This document shows positions 12,665 through 26,086 of a stretch of 64,000 bases of DNA, piece after piece. The stretch spans positions 45,458,464 to 45,522,463 of the forward strand of contig NC_043011.1 in assembly GCF_006345805.1 (NCBI RefSeq), read 5' to 3'. Origin of the DNA: Octopus sinensis. Its lineage: Eukaryota. The translations under genes were made by a program, and so were the position numbers. The first letter of the stretch is position 1. Each line of letters begins with the position of its first letter. The notes under the pieces were generated by a model, which searched no databases, was not told where the DNA came from, and saw only the letters and a list, made by a program, of their open reading frames with translations.

Positions 12665-12848
12665 AAATTTACCGAAAAACATAAGACGAAGGCAGGTGTA
12701 TAAATAACAAACAGGTGTATTAGTTTGACGCTCGGGAAGGTGAGAATATCTTTTACGTTTCGAGCCTACGTTCATCAACAGAATGGAACAGAGAAAGAAT
12801 TAAAAAAAACAAAGAGAGAATAAAAAACTTTTTGAGTTAGCGGCCAAT

Positions 12849-12850
<2 letters not shown>
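12665..12850 (-). mobile_element. Short PLE-derived element, CTGT-core HHR-like family
   Basis: 12749-12786 (-) reads CTGTTGAT-GAAC-gtag-GCTC-GAAA-CG-TA-AAAGA. Confidence 0.55.
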
Positions 12851-12879
<29 letters not shown>

Positions 12880-12924
12880 TACATACACACACACATATAC
12901 ATACACACACACGCACACATACAC

Positions 12925-12955
<31 letters not shown>

Positions 12956-13078
12956 TATATATATATGTACGTATGTATTTTTATATTTATATATCTATAT
13001 ATATATATATCTCCTTTTTCTCTCCTTCTCCTCTCTTCCTCTCTCTATCTATTATATATGTATGTGCGCGTTTGCGTG

Positions 13079-13109
<31 letters not shown>

Positions 13110-13111
13110 GT

Positions 13112-13193
<82 letters not shown>

Positions 13194-13672
13194 GCGTTAC
13201 ATTTGAAGACAAGTGTATTCTGATGATTAGACGCTATTTCCGTTTACTCAATTGAACAACTTACAATTCAAGCCATAAATATATATTCGTGTGTGTGTGT
13301 GTGTAAGAGCGTATATGTATATTATATATACACAAGTACATACAGATATACCAGTGAATAGATTAGAAAAGTAGGTTGAGAGATTTTTGTTGTTTCTTTT
13401 TCTTTTTAAACAATGGGAATTTAAACGGGAAATACTTTTAATTAACGTATGTAATTATTCAGTATTAATAACAACACAAAACATTTACATTAATTGATTT
13501 AAGAATAATTACAGCATTTACTTTTTCTAATCAACAAATTAGCTTATATACCATATTTTCTGACATACAAGTCGACGTAGCATATGGTATAAACATGTAG
13601 TATAAAGATTCAGACATCGTTACTGTCTTTCAAAATCTTGCTGCATTTTACATGGAACTTTTGGTACTCCAG

Positions 13673-14432
13673 AAATGTCTTGGTGTATGCCGGACAAAAT
13701 GCTTGGAGGCATTCCATCCGTCATACATTTTGAGTTCAAATTCTGTCGAAGTTGACTTTGCCTTCCATCCTTTCGAGCATTGAGGGTCAATATAATCGAC
13801 TTGCCCTTCTAGAATTCTTGTCCCTGTGCCAAAATTTGAAACCAATATTCAAGTGGGCCAAATTCCATAAGATTTCTACTGAATTTAAAACCAGTCGACC
13901 TACCTTTTTATAACTATGAATTTTGGTCTGAAAAATTCGGCTTGTTTGCCAGAAAAACCCAGTAATATGGCATCAGTTCCTGGTAAGGTATTCGGAATTT
14001 ATCGTAGCAGAATCGCATCTACAAGGAATAGGATTTTTAAGTTTGATTACCAAATTATCTGGAATTCCTTACCATATTTTCACTAAATAATCTTACAATT
14101 CACTCCTCTTCTCGGATTTCTTATATCCAATATTCGACCAAGATGGCGAGCTGGCAGAGTTGTTAGTATGCTGGACAAAATGCTACTCTAAAAATGTCTT
14201 GGTGTATGCCGGACAAAATGCTTGGAGGCATTCCATCCGTCATACATTTTGAGTTCAAATTCTGTCGAAGTCGACTTTGCCTTTCATCTTTTCGATAAAG
14301 CAAGTACCAGTTGAGCATTAGGTGTCAATATAATCGACTTACCCTTCTAGAATTCTTGGCCCTGTGCCAAAATTTGAAACCAATATTCAAGTGGGCCAAA
14401 TTCCATAAGATTTCTACTGAATTTAAAACCAG
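13673..14432 (+). repeat. Local direct duplication (13673-13894 and 14192-14432) of SINE B plus flank
   Basis: Near-identical text including the non-SINE flank CAAGTGGGCCAAATTCCATAAGATTTCTACTGAATTTAAAACCAG. The first copy lacks about 19 bp. Confidence 0.85.
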
Positions 14433-14459
14433 AGATTAGATTAGCAGCTACAGTTACTC

Positions 14460-14700
14460 GTATTTTCGTGATTTTGAGAATTCTTTGATTATTTCTGTGG
14501 CAATCTTCGTGTTGCTATCATGCCGAAAAGTCCACGTCCGACCCAAATAACCCTTGGGTTATGAAAGCAGAGTGTTCTTCAAGATCTCTAGATTGGCTGT
14601 GCTGTTCATGGTATTTTTGATCCGATGTACGGGCCCGGCCCCTATTCAAGACATCTAGCCCCCAAACCATTGTTACCGTCATCAGGAGACCTAACCGCCC
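14460..14700 (-). pseudogene. Tc1-family transposase remnant
   Basis: Translates as MVWG(fs)GAGPVHRIKNTMNSTANLEILKNTLLS*PKGYLGRTWTFRHDSNTKIATEIIKEF, matching the Tc1 catalytic-domain pattern. Confidence 0.7.
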
Positions 14701-14984
14701 AATCCATGAAATTTGGATGTAAAGAAGTAGCAGATCCTTTGCTGAGGGTGTGAGCCAGAGTTGTTTTCAGGTGTTAAGGAAGAGTGAGGGGTGATGGATT
14801 TTGCGTTGTTATTTATAACTGAATACGGAATTATTTTGTTAATGAATTTTTTTATCTAGATCAGTGATTCTCAACAGGATCCATATGACTCCTGGAGGTC
14901 CGTATAAGACTTCTGGGGGCCCACGCAAGCAAAATATTAAATTGGGAACCACAGTAGTATTTTTAAAATAATATTAATAAATGC

Positions 14985-15220
14985 ACCTTTTAAAGCCTAG
15001 CCAGGCTCATGGGCCCGGTTTCTATGGCGCATGTGTCCCCAAGCTGGATGGGACACCAGTCCATCGCAGCGTTACTCACTTTTGCCGGCTGAGTGGACTG
15101 GAGCAACGTGAAATGAAGTGTTTTGCTCAAGAACACAACGCGTCGCCCGGTCCAGGTATTTGAAACCACAATCTTACGATCATGATGCTGACACCCTAAC
15201 CACTAAGCCACGCGCCTCCA
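14985..15220 (-). mobile_element. SINE family D-type copy inside a hAT fragment
   Basis: Head GGAGGCGCGTGGCTTAGTGGTTAGGG. It is flanked by hAT-MITE sequence starting CAGTGATTCTCAAC at 14862. Confidence 0.7.
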
Positions 15221-15477
15221 CAGTATTTTAAAAGTCCATGAAAAAAATCTTACTTTAAAAGTATTTATTGCAGGAAACAGCTAGGTTTCCTTATCTAATG
15301 TTTTGCATAATTCAACTTACACAAGATATTGCGTGAAAAACAAAAGGGACAGCTATAAAACTAGGTTTTAAACATTGAATGGCTATGGGAGTCCGCCAGA
15401 AAAGAATGATAATCAAAGGAACTTGAAGTGAAGCGAGATTCCGTAAGGCGAAATCTATTTTTGATTTCTTTACTGCT

Positions 15478-15670
15478 CACAAGGGGCTACACACAAAGGG
15501 GACAAACAAAAACAGACAAACAGATTAAGTCGATTATATCTACCCCAGTGCGTAACTGGTACTTATTTAATCGACCCCGAAAGGATGAAAGGCAAAGTCG
15601 ACCTCGACGGAATTTGAACTCAGAACGTAAAGACAGACGAAATACCTATTTCTTTACTACCTACAAAGGG
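15478..15670 (-). mobile_element. SINE family B unit
   Basis: Reverse complement of the 184-bp unit seen at 46466-46833. Confidence 0.8.
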
Positions 15671-16402
15671 CTAAATGACTGAAACAAGTAAAAGAGTATC
15701 TTTGATGATAAACTCTTTTCTTAGTGATTGTCTCCCATCACAACAGATATTGTGATGATATAAACGAATACTTACAAATAGGTGAGATTATTGTCAAGCT
15801 AGCGTGCTGGCCAAACTGTCAGATCGTCGGCGGGCGTATCGTCTGCTTCAGTGGTTATCAAACTTTTTTGGACTGTAGCCCCCTTGGTACCCACGCAAGA
15901 TTCCTAGCACTCTCCCCCCATTCACCAAATTCAAAACAACTGTAATTCACAAATAAAACTTAACCTAATGAACCCATTATTGTGTTGGTTTTTCTTTTTT
16001 TTTACATTCATCGCCGCCTTTTGGCCACCCCATTACCACCCCAGTTTTCTTCAACGTCTCCAACTCCTAGAAGGGCAGTACTGCACAATCTGGGAATTGC
16101 CGATCAACATGATCATGTTTATTCAGTTCTACATTCATATCTACATGTATGTATACAAATATATACGTCCATAGTCATAACACACAGACACACACACATC
16201 TATATCCATACCTACGTTCATGTATACAAATATATACACCTACAGACACTTGTCTATGTTCGTACTTGCATGTATGTTTATCAGTATGTACACTAACAGA
16301 TATCTCTATTTATATATATATATCTAGATTCATTTCAACATAAAAGTCTGCAAATATATGAACCCACAGAAATATATATCTACGATCATGTCTATATGCA
16401 TA

Positions 16403-16925
16403 CCGTAAATCCTCGAGTATGGTCCACCCTTGAGTATAATACGCAGGGAGCTTTTAGGGGGCTGCACTTCTGAAAAACCTAAACCTTGTGTATAATACGC
16501 AGCCCTTCTCTGACTTGAGTCGTGCGTAATTAAGCCAGCAGCACCTAGTCAAGCAAACACCTCCGCGCATGCGTAATACAATAATGGTGATGTTCTTAAC
16601 TGTTATATGGGAATGTAAATATGTTTGCAAATTGTTTTTGTTACATGTTATTCTGTGTTCTAAATATTTTAATTTTAATAAATGTTGCTTACTGCAAGTT
16701 ATGGCTGATTCTTTTATGACTCCATTACTTTCAGGCTTAGCTTAAGGTATTTTCGCACTCGACATCACAAAATGCGTCTGAATAAGCATTGCCGGACAGC
16801 AAATAGAGACTCGGACATTACTTAGAAAATATTTTTCATTTTTAACCTCGTATATAATACGCATTAGGGATTTTGACCATTAAATTTTTTGGGGGAAAAT
16901 GCAGATTATACTCGAGGATTTACGG
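16403..16925. mobile_element. Tc2/pogo-type MITE
   Basis: Perfect 18-bp TIR CCGTAAATCCTCGAGTAT with TA TSDs at 16401-16402 and 16926-16927. Confidence 0.85.
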
Positions 16926-17399
16926 TATGTACATGAGGGCATGAATGTACCACTTTGTGGTACTTTTTGCGGCTTATTACTTTCTGTAATCGAATACCGC
17001 CGAGACAAAAGTTACACTTGATCCTTCCGACTTCGATAAAATAGAATAGTCCAATCTAGGAGTTGTTCCTAAATTAGAAAATAAAATTTTTGTTTTAGAA
17101 AAAGACACCAAATCTGAAAATTGATTTTTAAAAATGTTCTGAATTGATATATTAAGCTGCTAAATTAAGTGGTGTTCATTTTTGTGGCTTAATTAATTCT
17201 GTCAATAATTAATACCGTCAATAATTTCTTTGTTTAAATTTATATTATTTTAAATTACTTTAGTCATATTTAATTTGAATTATGATTGAACGAATAATAA
17301 AAAGAAATACTAGATGTTCAATCACCAATATATTCCTGTACAATATTTCGTACCACCGTGTGTGCGCGTACACACACAGAAATACACGAATACACACAC

Positions 17400-17690
17400 A
17401 CGTCGGTTACGACGAGAGTTCCAGTTAATCCGATCAACGAAACAGCCTGCTCGTGAAATTAACGTGCAAGTGGCTGAGTATTCCGCAAACACGCGTACCC
17501 TTAACGTAGTTCTCAGGGAGATTCAGCGCGAATCTCAAAGGCTACGACTCATATATTTGCCAGCTGAGTGGGCTGGAACGACGTGAAATAAAGTGACTTG
17601 TTCAAGTGCATAACGCGCCACTGCGAATCGAACACACGACCTTACGACTCTGAGCCGAATACCCTAACCGCTAAGCCACTTGTATTCACA
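17400..17690 (-). mobile_element. SINE family D
   Basis: Reverse-complement homologue of 948-1275. Confidence 0.7.
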
Positions 17691-17728
17691 AGAATACATT
17701 ACTGTACTATTTATATAATACTATTCTA

Positions 17729-18038
17729 TATCACGGGATCACTTGACCGACCAGGCTATCAGATGTTGTTACACATCGCTAGTCACAATGCGCTTCGCAT
17801 TGTTTTAGCCTTCAAATGTCGCCACACCGCTGGCTAAGCGAGCAGGCCTATAGAAGAAAGAGTGGGAGAAAGTTGTGGCGAAAGAGTACAGTAGGGATCG
17901 TCACCACTTCCTGCCGAAGCCTCGTGGAGTTTTAAGTGTTTTCGCTCAACAAGCTCTCACAACACCCGGTCTGGGAATCGAAATCGCTATCCTACGACCG
18001 CGAGTCCGCTGCCCTAACCATTGGGCCATTGCGCCTCC
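17729..18038 (-). mobile_element. tRNA-derived SINE family C, full length
   Basis: Head GGAGGCGCAATGGCCCAATGGTTAGGGCAGCGGACTCGCGG. It matches 18822-19100 (+) and 53114-53420 (+). Confidence 0.85.
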
Positions 18039-18391
18039 ACACTATTCTATATAACATATAAATGCATACATATTCGTGCGAGTGTGTGTGTGTTGTATGT
18101 TTATGTATGTATGTGTGTGTGTGTGTGTACATATTAATTTGCACATCGAATTTATCTTGGCTGCGTTGTTCCAAACGCCGTAAGCTACTGTTAGCGTCAT
18201 AGGAAATCATCTCGGGCACACGTTAAATACTATAAAAGTAGGCTCGAAACGTTAAAGACTTGTTTTATTTATATTTCCTGAGCGCCATACTAATACAATT
18301 GTTTGTTTGTTTTCACCTGCCTTCGTCTTTTGTCTATTTTCATAAAGCTTCCCGTTTTATATATATATATATATATTATATATATATATAT

Positions 18392-18459
<68 letters not shown>

Positions 18460-18470
18460 GTATATATATA

Positions 18471-18625
18471 CCGGAGTAAGCACATAAATGTGAAACAGGA
18501 TGGAAAAAAGAGTACTCAAATACCAGCGGTAGAGTAATATGCTTTATTTAAAAACAGCAGAAATTGAACAAAAGCTGTTACTCGGAGTTTCAGTAACAGC
18601 TTTTGTTAAATTTCTGCTGCTTTTA
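18471..18625. mobile_element. Short (TA)n-flanked element with fold-back end and HHR 3'-half remnant
   Basis: Homologous to 37241-37386. It has an internal inverted repeat around GTTACTCGGAGTTTCAGTAAC. Confidence 0.5.
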
Positions 18626-18659
18626 AATAAATATATATATATATATATATTCGCGATGA

Positions 18660-18820
18660 TAGATCGCTAGCCACAACACATTCTTTATTTTCTTCCTTGT
18701 TTCTTTCTGTGTTCCTTTCTGTGGAAGAGCGTAGGCTCGAAACGTTAAAGACATTTTTCACTTCCCGAGCATTATACTAATACATCTGTTTGTTGTCTAC
18801 ACCACCTGTCTTCGTCTTTC
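18660..18820 (+). mobile_element. Short PLE-derived element, CTGT-core HHR-like family
   Basis: 18714-18752 reads CCTTT-CTGTGGAA-GAGC-gtag-GCTC-GAAA-CG-TT-AAAG. A truncated copy is at 18238-18355. Confidence 0.55.
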
Positions 18821-18821
18821 G

Positions 18822-19100
18822 TAGTTAGGGCAGTGGACTCGCTGTCATAGGATTGCGGTTTCGATTCCCAGACCGGGCGTTGTGTGTGTTTATTGAGCGA
18901 AAACACCTAAAAGCTCCACGAGTCTCCGGCAGGGGGTGGTACTCTTTCACCACTCTTTCTCTCACTCTTTCTTCTGTTGGCCTGCTCGCTTAGCCAGCGG
19001 GGTGGCGTTATTCGAAGGCTAAAACAATGCGAACGCATTGTGACCAGCGATGTGTAACAACATCTGATAGCCTGGTCGGTCACGGTGATCACGGTGATAT
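18822..19100 (+). mobile_element. SINE family C, 5'-truncated
   Basis: Homologous to 17729-18038. Confidence 0.8.
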
Positions 19101-19306
19101 ACACATACATATATACACGTGCGCCCTCATAAACGTGTCGGTGGTGCTGTATCTGTGCTTATTTTTACGTGTCAAAACAAACCTGGTGTTGTTGCTTGTG
19201 GCTCGTAATTTAACTGTTCGTTGAATATTTATCGATTAAAAATGTAGCACGACGAAAAGTAAATAAGTAAGGCGCGATCAAACGTCTGAAACCAATAAAC
19301 AACAAC

Positions 19307-19364
<58 letters not shown>

Positions 19365-19426
19365 GTAAATATATGTGTGCGTGTGTGTATGGGTGTATAC
19401 ATACACACCCGCACACATACATACGT

Positions 19427-19479
<53 letters not shown>

Positions 19480-19483
<4 letters not shown>

Positions 19484-20160
19484 GGCGCAGGCACGTCTGG
19501 TGAGATACTTACTTCCCATTCACATGGTTCCGGGTTCAAGCCCACTGCGTGGCACCTTGGGCAAGTTATCTTCTGCTATAGCCTCGGGCCGAGCAAAGCC
19601 TTGTGAGTGGATTTGGTCGACGGAAATTGAAAGAAGACCGTCATACATACATGTGTGTGTGGGTGTTGTGTATTTGTGTGTTTGCGTCTGAGTTTATTCT
19701 GCACCACCACCACCATCGCTTAACAACCGATGGTGGTGTGTTTACGTCCCCGTAACTTAGCGGTTCGGCCGCAGTCAAATGGCTGAATCAGATGAAAGAA
19801 TAAAAGAATATACTACATCCTCTTTTTTGTTTCAGTCACTGAACTGCGGCCGTACTGGAGCATCATCTTGAAGGGCTTAGTCAGACGTATCGACCCCCAC
19901 CCCCGTACATATTTTTTAAAAGCCCAGTACTTATGCTATCGGTGTCTTATGCTGAACCGTTAGGTTAAAGGGACGCAAATGAACTGATACCGATTGTGAA
20001 TCGGTTTGGGGAACAAACCCAAACAGAAAGACTCACACATAGATATCTGCCTACATATATACGATGCGCTTCTTACAATTTCGTTCCGTTGAATCTACTC
20101 ACAAGACTTTGGTGTAATAAAAAGCACTTGCTTTAAGACGCAGCGCATGGAATTGAACCC
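19480..20160. mobile_element. Two SINE A copies tail-to-tail (19480-19810 +; 19820-20160 -)
   Basis: Head and tail motifs are in opposite orientations. Confidence 0.75.
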
Positions 20161-20559
20161 CGAAAGGATGAAAGGCAAAGTCGACCTCGGCGGAATTTGA
20201 ACTCAGAACGTAACGGCAGACGAAAAACGGCTACGCATTTCGCCTCGTCGCCTTTTCTGCCAGCTCGCAAAAGAAACATTCATGACTCAACAGAGGCGAA
20301 GGCGTTGCAACAGTGCAATGTGGTGTGCCGAAAGCAAGATGAGGCAAGCAAGACATTACGGTCATTCAATGCGTCCGCCTGCGTCCCCACCTCTTGCCAG
20401 AATACTGAAGAGGGTTACGGACGAGAGAGTGAGTCTGACGGTACGCAACCCTTCTTCACTTAAAAACAAAGTCACCGCCCAAGTCATTAGTCATATCACC
20501 TTCTTGCAACCTGCTGCTGCTAAGCCATTCCACTGCTGACAGCCGCCTGTACAACACAT

Positions 20560-20910
20560 GTGTCCTCTACCGAAAAGGTAACCGCTTCCCACGCTTGCTG
20601 ATCAATTGTTTTGTCTCATTTTGTCTCAAAGTCGTAAGACGCCCCCGTATCATTCCTGTTTTTATTCGTTACTGTTTCCAATTTTATCTTCGTCTCTTGT
20701 TTTCTTATTCGTCTCGGTTGTCACATTCTTTCCTTCTACCAAGCAAATCTAATGCTCATAGCTTAGCTTTTCCTTGGGGCTGGCCTTTTCGGAGCAAATC
20801 TCAGAATTAAACAGCCGAAATTTGCCATGATGAATCGGTTTCTGACTGAAGAATGAAGGCTCTGAATTACTGTCCGTTTTTCCGTGTTTGTCAATTCGTG
20901 AATTTCACGT
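20560..20910 (+). mobile_element. Unclassified dispersed repeat, paralogous to 61470-61860
   Basis: Shared blocks GTCGTAAGAC, AAATCTAATGCTC.TAGCTTAG.TTTTCCTTGGGGCTGGCC and TGACTGAAGA.TGAAGGCT. Confidence 0.65.
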
Positions 20911-21177
20911 TCTTTATATATAAGTTTTATTATATATATATATATATATAAATTATAATTTAGGGTATCTAATAGATACCAACACGCTGGAAATAGCAGC
21001 CAAAACTTGACTCGAAAAGCACATTAATTTTAATAATAATTATTAACTTTGAAGGTTTTTATATCCATGCTGGCCACCTGAATAAGATCGGTATTTAAAT
21101 ATTTATATAACTTCATGTGTTTGTGTGCGTGTGTGTGCGCGCGCGCGTGTGTATGTATGTATGTATGTATATAAATA

Positions 21178-21233
<56 letters not shown>

Positions 21234-21234
<1 letters not shown>

Positions 21235-21300
21235 TGTAATCCATCGCCATCGCGGGTGTTACGTTCCAAAACCGCGATAGGTGAAAATCCGCGAGGTAGA
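21234..21300. mobile_element. pogo/Tigger-like terminal fragment
   Basis: TA-CTGTAATCCATCGCCATCGCGGGTGTTACGTTCC...GCGATAGGTGAAAATCCGCGAGGTAG resembles Tigger-type ends. Confidence 0.5.
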
Positions 21301-21408
21301 AACAGTACTGTACTGTATAATTTGTATATATTTGTTTTATCATAAGTGCAAAATACCACGGATGAATCGACGTAAGCTTAAATAATAAACTACGATATGG
21401 CGAGGGAT

Positions 21409-21445
<37 letters not shown>

Positions 21446-21838
21446 TGCCAGTCACTTATTCATTTAAGCTCTTCACTCCTTCTGGAGCAGAGGCCATCGA
21501 CGACTTCTCTCTACTGTTCTGGGCACTGAGTTGTCTTTTTTACTGTCCAGGTTTTTGTTGATTTTGAATTGCCATTGATGCTTCTACATTGCTTTTTTTT
21601 TCCTAGGCAGGGGTGTTTAAAGAAACACATTTTTTTTCTGACCTCTATCTTTTGACCTGTTCTGCAAGGGAGGCCTTATCAGAACATTATGATCTGATTG
21701 TATAGCTGTCAGGGTCATTAAAACAAACAAGCCACCGCACTAAAACAATGACTGAACCCTGTGGTGGAAAACAAAATATTGCAGGTGGTATGAAAGTAAA
21801 GTCTCCATCACAAGAATTAGCAATGTGTTGGTGCTATT

Positions 21839-22255
21839 AGGGCGGCGAGCTGACAGAATCGTTAGCACGCCGGGCGAAATGCTTAGCGGTATTTATCTGC
21901 CGCTACGTTCTGAGTTCAAATTTCGCCGAGGTCGAATTTGCCTTTCATCCTTTCGGGGTCGATAAATTAAGTACCAGTTACGTACTGGGGTCGATATAAT
22001 CGACTTAATCCGTTTGTCTGTCCTTGTTTGTCTCCTCTGTGTTTAGTGCCTTGTGGGTAGTAAAGAAATTGGTATTTCGTCTGCCGCTACGTTCTGAGTT
22101 CAAATTCCGCCGATGTCGACTTTGCCTTTCATCCTTTCGGGGTCGATAAATTAAGTATCAGTTACGCAGTAGGGTCGATGTAATCGACTTAATCCCTTTG
22201 TCTGTCCTTGTTTGTCTCTTCTATGTTTAGACCCCTGAGGGCAATAAAGAAATAA
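21839..22255 (+). mobile_element. SINE family B with two tandem body units (extra partial unit at 22396-22520)
   Basis: Head GGCGGCGAGCTGACAGAATCGTTAGCACGCCGGGCG, followed by the repeated unit. Confidence 0.85.
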
Positions 22256-22723
22256 TTATAAGACAGAAATGCGTGACAAAGAGAGGATATAGAAGTTCCA
22301 GTCGCTCTGTTTCATTTGCCAAAGGACTTAGTAGCTACAAAGGAAGGTTTGCAAGTCTTTGCTCATAGCGATCCTAACAGTTAACATAAGGTAAGATCCT
22401 TTCGGGGTCGATAAATTAAGTATCAGTTACGCACTAGGGTCGATGTAATCGACTTAATCCCTTTGTCTGTCCTTGTTTGTCTCCTCTATGTTTAGCCCCT
22501 TGTGGGCAATAAAGAAATAATAAGGTAAGAATAACAAGCGATATTCATAAAGACTTCAGTTCATATACTGAGGTGTGCAAGAAGCTGGTGTTGAGGTAAC
22601 ATGGCTCGACAATCAACGGGCCATGGTTCAATACTGGGCCGTGGATCATATGATAACGAGCTGTACAGAAAGAATCTTAAAATAATATATATATACATTT
22701 TTTCTTCCATAGATTTTAATGCT

Positions 22724-23147
22724 ATTACTCTTTACTCTTTTCCTTGTTTCGGTCATTTGACTGCGGCCATGCTGGAGCACCACCTTTAGTCGAGCAAATC
22801 GACCCCGGGACTTATTCTTTGTAAGCCCAGTACTTATTCTATCGGTCTCTTTTGCCGAACCGCTAAGTGACGGGGACGTAAACACACCAGCATCGGTTGT
22901 CAAGCAATGCTAGGGGGACAAACACACACACACAAACACACACACACACACATACATATATATATACATACATATATACGACAGGCTTCTTTCAGTTTCC
23001 GTCTACCAAATCCACTCACAAGGCATTGGTCAGCCCGGGGCTATAGCAGAAGACACTTGCCCAAGATGCCACGCAGTGGGACTGAACCCGGAACCATGTG
23101 GTTGGTTAGCAAGCTACTTACCACACAACCAGCCACTCCTGCGCCTG
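22724..23147 (-). mobile_element. SINE family A, full length (young subfamily, near-identical to 48365-48792)
   Basis: Shares the diagnostic variants CCCGGGGCTATAGCAGAAG, CAAGATGCCACGC and CAAGCAATGCTAGG. Confidence 0.9.
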
Positions 23148-23554
23148 GTCGTATTAAAAAAAAAATTTTTTTCGTTTCGCCATTGTCCGTTTTCATACCA
23201 CAGACCAACTCATTTTCTAGCTTATGCCTATTACCTGAAACCATAAATGTTTCATCACATCTGTATATGCATCTCATATTTGCTGGAACCAAGTCGGAAC
23301 AACTGCTGTGCTAATGAGGCCTGAACACCTGTTCCTATCGGTTCTCTCGTTGCCAAACAATCAAGTTGTCATTTGTTAAATGGTATTGTTAGATTTCGGA
23401 AAATTTTTGATGTTTGAGATTTTTTCCATTTTTCATTCGGGGTTTGTCCAAATTACCACAAGGTATATATTTATGTTTCTCTCGAAGGAAAGACAATTTG
23501 AATGAATCAAAATTATTTTGTGCCCCCATTTAATATAACTTTATTCGTTTTTGT

Positions 23555-23602
<48 letters not shown>

Positions 23603-23682
23603 TATATATACTACATACATATATGTACCTATATCCATCCATTCATCCATCCGTCCATCCATCATAATTAACACACACCACA

Positions 23683-23721
<39 letters not shown>

Positions 23722-24029
23722 CATATATACATAAAGGAGAAGAACAAGAACAAGAAAAAGAAAGGATAAGAAGAGGAAGTAGTAGGAGTAGTAGCAGTCT
23801 TAGGCACACATACATATTTGTTCATGCGTACACATACACACACACACACACACAAACAAACACACTCAACACAAACATATTCACACACGCACATACTCAC
23901 ACACACTCACACACATTCACAGTCACACACGCACACATGCACACAGTACACACACACACACACACAGCAATAACCATGTGTTTGTAAGAAACCCAGTATA
24001 GCATAGAAATATGAACATAAACAGACATA

Positions 24030-25860
24030 CTGACAGACAGGATGCCGATGCTGTCGTCGCTGATGACGATGATGATGATGATGATGGGGGCGGGGTGGTA
24101 ATGACGATGACGATGGCGACGATGATGAAGGTGATGATGATGATGATGATGGATGGTGATGATGGTGACAGCGGTAATAGTGATGGTGATGGTCGAGGAG
24201 GGTGGGGGTGATGGTAAGGGTTAATGATGGTGACGATAGTGATGATGATGATGACGACGACGACGGCAGTAGTGGTGATTGTGTTGGTGGCGGAGGTGAT
24301 GACGATGGTGGTGGTGGTGGTGGTGGTGGTGATGGTTTGGGTTCTAATGATGCTGATGGCGAAGGTGATCATGGTGGTGGTCGTGGTGGTGGTGGTTCTG
24401 TTGTGGTGGTGTGGTGGGTGATGGTTTGGGTTCTAATGATGCTGATGGCGAAGGTGATCATGGTGGTGGTCGTGGTGGTGGTGGTTCTGTTGTTGGTACT
24501 GATGATGCTGATGATGATGGCGATGGTGGTGATGAGGGTGGTGGTGATGGTGGTGGTGGTGGTGTTGGTGGTGGTGGTGGTACTGCTGATGCTGATGACG
24601 ATGGCGATGGTGGTGATGAGGGTGGTGGTGATGGTATGGTGGTGGTGGTGGTGTTGGTACTGATGATGCTGATGACGATGGCGATGGTGGTGATGAGGGT
24701 GGTGGTGATGAGGGTGGTGGTGATGATGGTGGTGGTGATGATGATGACGATGGCGATGGTGGTGATGAGGGTGGTGGTGATGGTATGGTGGTGGTGGTGG
24801 TGTTGGTACTGATGATGCTGATGACGACGGCGATGTGGTGATGAGGTTGGTGGTGATGTGTATGGTGGTGGTGTGGGTTGGTACTGATGATGCTTGATGA
24901 CGATGGCGATGGTGGTGATGAGGGTGGTGGTGATGGTATGGTGGTGGTGGTGGTGTTGGTACTGATGATGCTGATGACGACGGCGATGGTGGTGATGAGG
25001 GTGGTGGTGATGGTATGGTGGTGGTGGTGGTGTTGGTACTGATGATGCTGATGACGATGGCGATGGTGGTGATGAGGGTGGTGGTGATGGTATGGTGGTG
25101 GTGGTGGTGTTGGTACTGATGATGCTGATGACGACGGCGATGGTGGTGATGAGGGTGGTGGTGATGATGGTGGTGGTGATGATGGCGATGGTGGTGATGA
25201 GGGTGGTGTGATGGTGGTGGTGGTGGTGTATGATGATGATGATGACGATGGCGATGGTGGTGATGAGGGTGGTGGTGATGGTGGTGGTGGTGGTGGTTGG
25301 TACTGATGATGCTGATGACGACGGCGATGGTGGTGATGAGGGTGGTGTGGTGATGGTGGTGGTGGGGTGGTATGATGATGCTGATGACGATGGCGATGGT
25401 GGTGATGAGGGTGGTGGTGATGGTGGTGGTGGTGGTGGTACTGATGATGCTGATGACGACGGCGATGGTGGTGATGAGGGTGGTGGTGATGGTGGTGGTG
25501 GTGGTGGTACTGATGATGCTGATGACGACGGCGATGGTGGTGATGAGGGTGGTGGTGATGGTGGTGGTGGTGGTGGTACTGATGATGCTGATGACGACGG
25601 CGATGGTGGTGATGAGGGTGGTGGTGATGATGTGGTGGTGGTGGTGGTGGTGATGATGAGATGACGACGGTGATGATGGTGGTGATGATGGTGGTGGTGA
25701 TGATGGTGGTGGTGGTGGTACTGCTGATGCTGATGACGATGGCGATGGTGGTGGTAGTGGTGGTGGTGGTGGTGGTGGTGGTGGTAATGATGATGCTGAT
25801 GGCGATGGTGGTGGTGGTGATGATGGTGGTGGTGGTGGTGGTTGTGGCAGTGGTGGAAGG
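24030..25860. repeat. (GGT/GAT)n-derived minisatellite with 69- and 77-bp higher-order units
   Basis: The GTACTGATG anchor recurs at 24959/25036/25113 (period 77) and 25438/25507/25576 (period 69). Confidence 0.9.
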
Positions 25861-26029
25861 CGAAATAGTATATGAAAAAGCAGATGCTGCTATTTTTTGC
25901 TGCTGTTGTGTTGTTGTTGTTATGCTTCCGCAAATAAACACAATGAGTTGCTGTTGCGCACGCGTCAAGTGCTCACGTGTCCTCCAGCCGATGATGAATG
26001 AAGAGTAGGCGGTGTTATTTAATGAACAC

Positions 26030-26047
26030 CAACAACACCAACAACAC

Positions 26048-26086
<39 letters not shown>

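Noticed and set aside
20292-20439. Possible Cys-containing exon (AKALQQCNVVCRKQ...ESESD)
   Set aside because: Weak acceptor and donor. The stronger upstream AG lies inside a SINE, and the region adjoins a dispersed repeat, so it cannot be supported without expression data.
24030-25968. Long ORFs encoding Gly/Asp-rich (GTDDADDDGDGGDEGGG), His-rich or Pro/Ser-rich repeats, suggesting a structural protein
   Set aside because: Many units are 77 bp (not a multiple of 3), so no frame is preserved. All six frames give low-complexity peptides, as expected for a trinucleotide-derived minisatellite.
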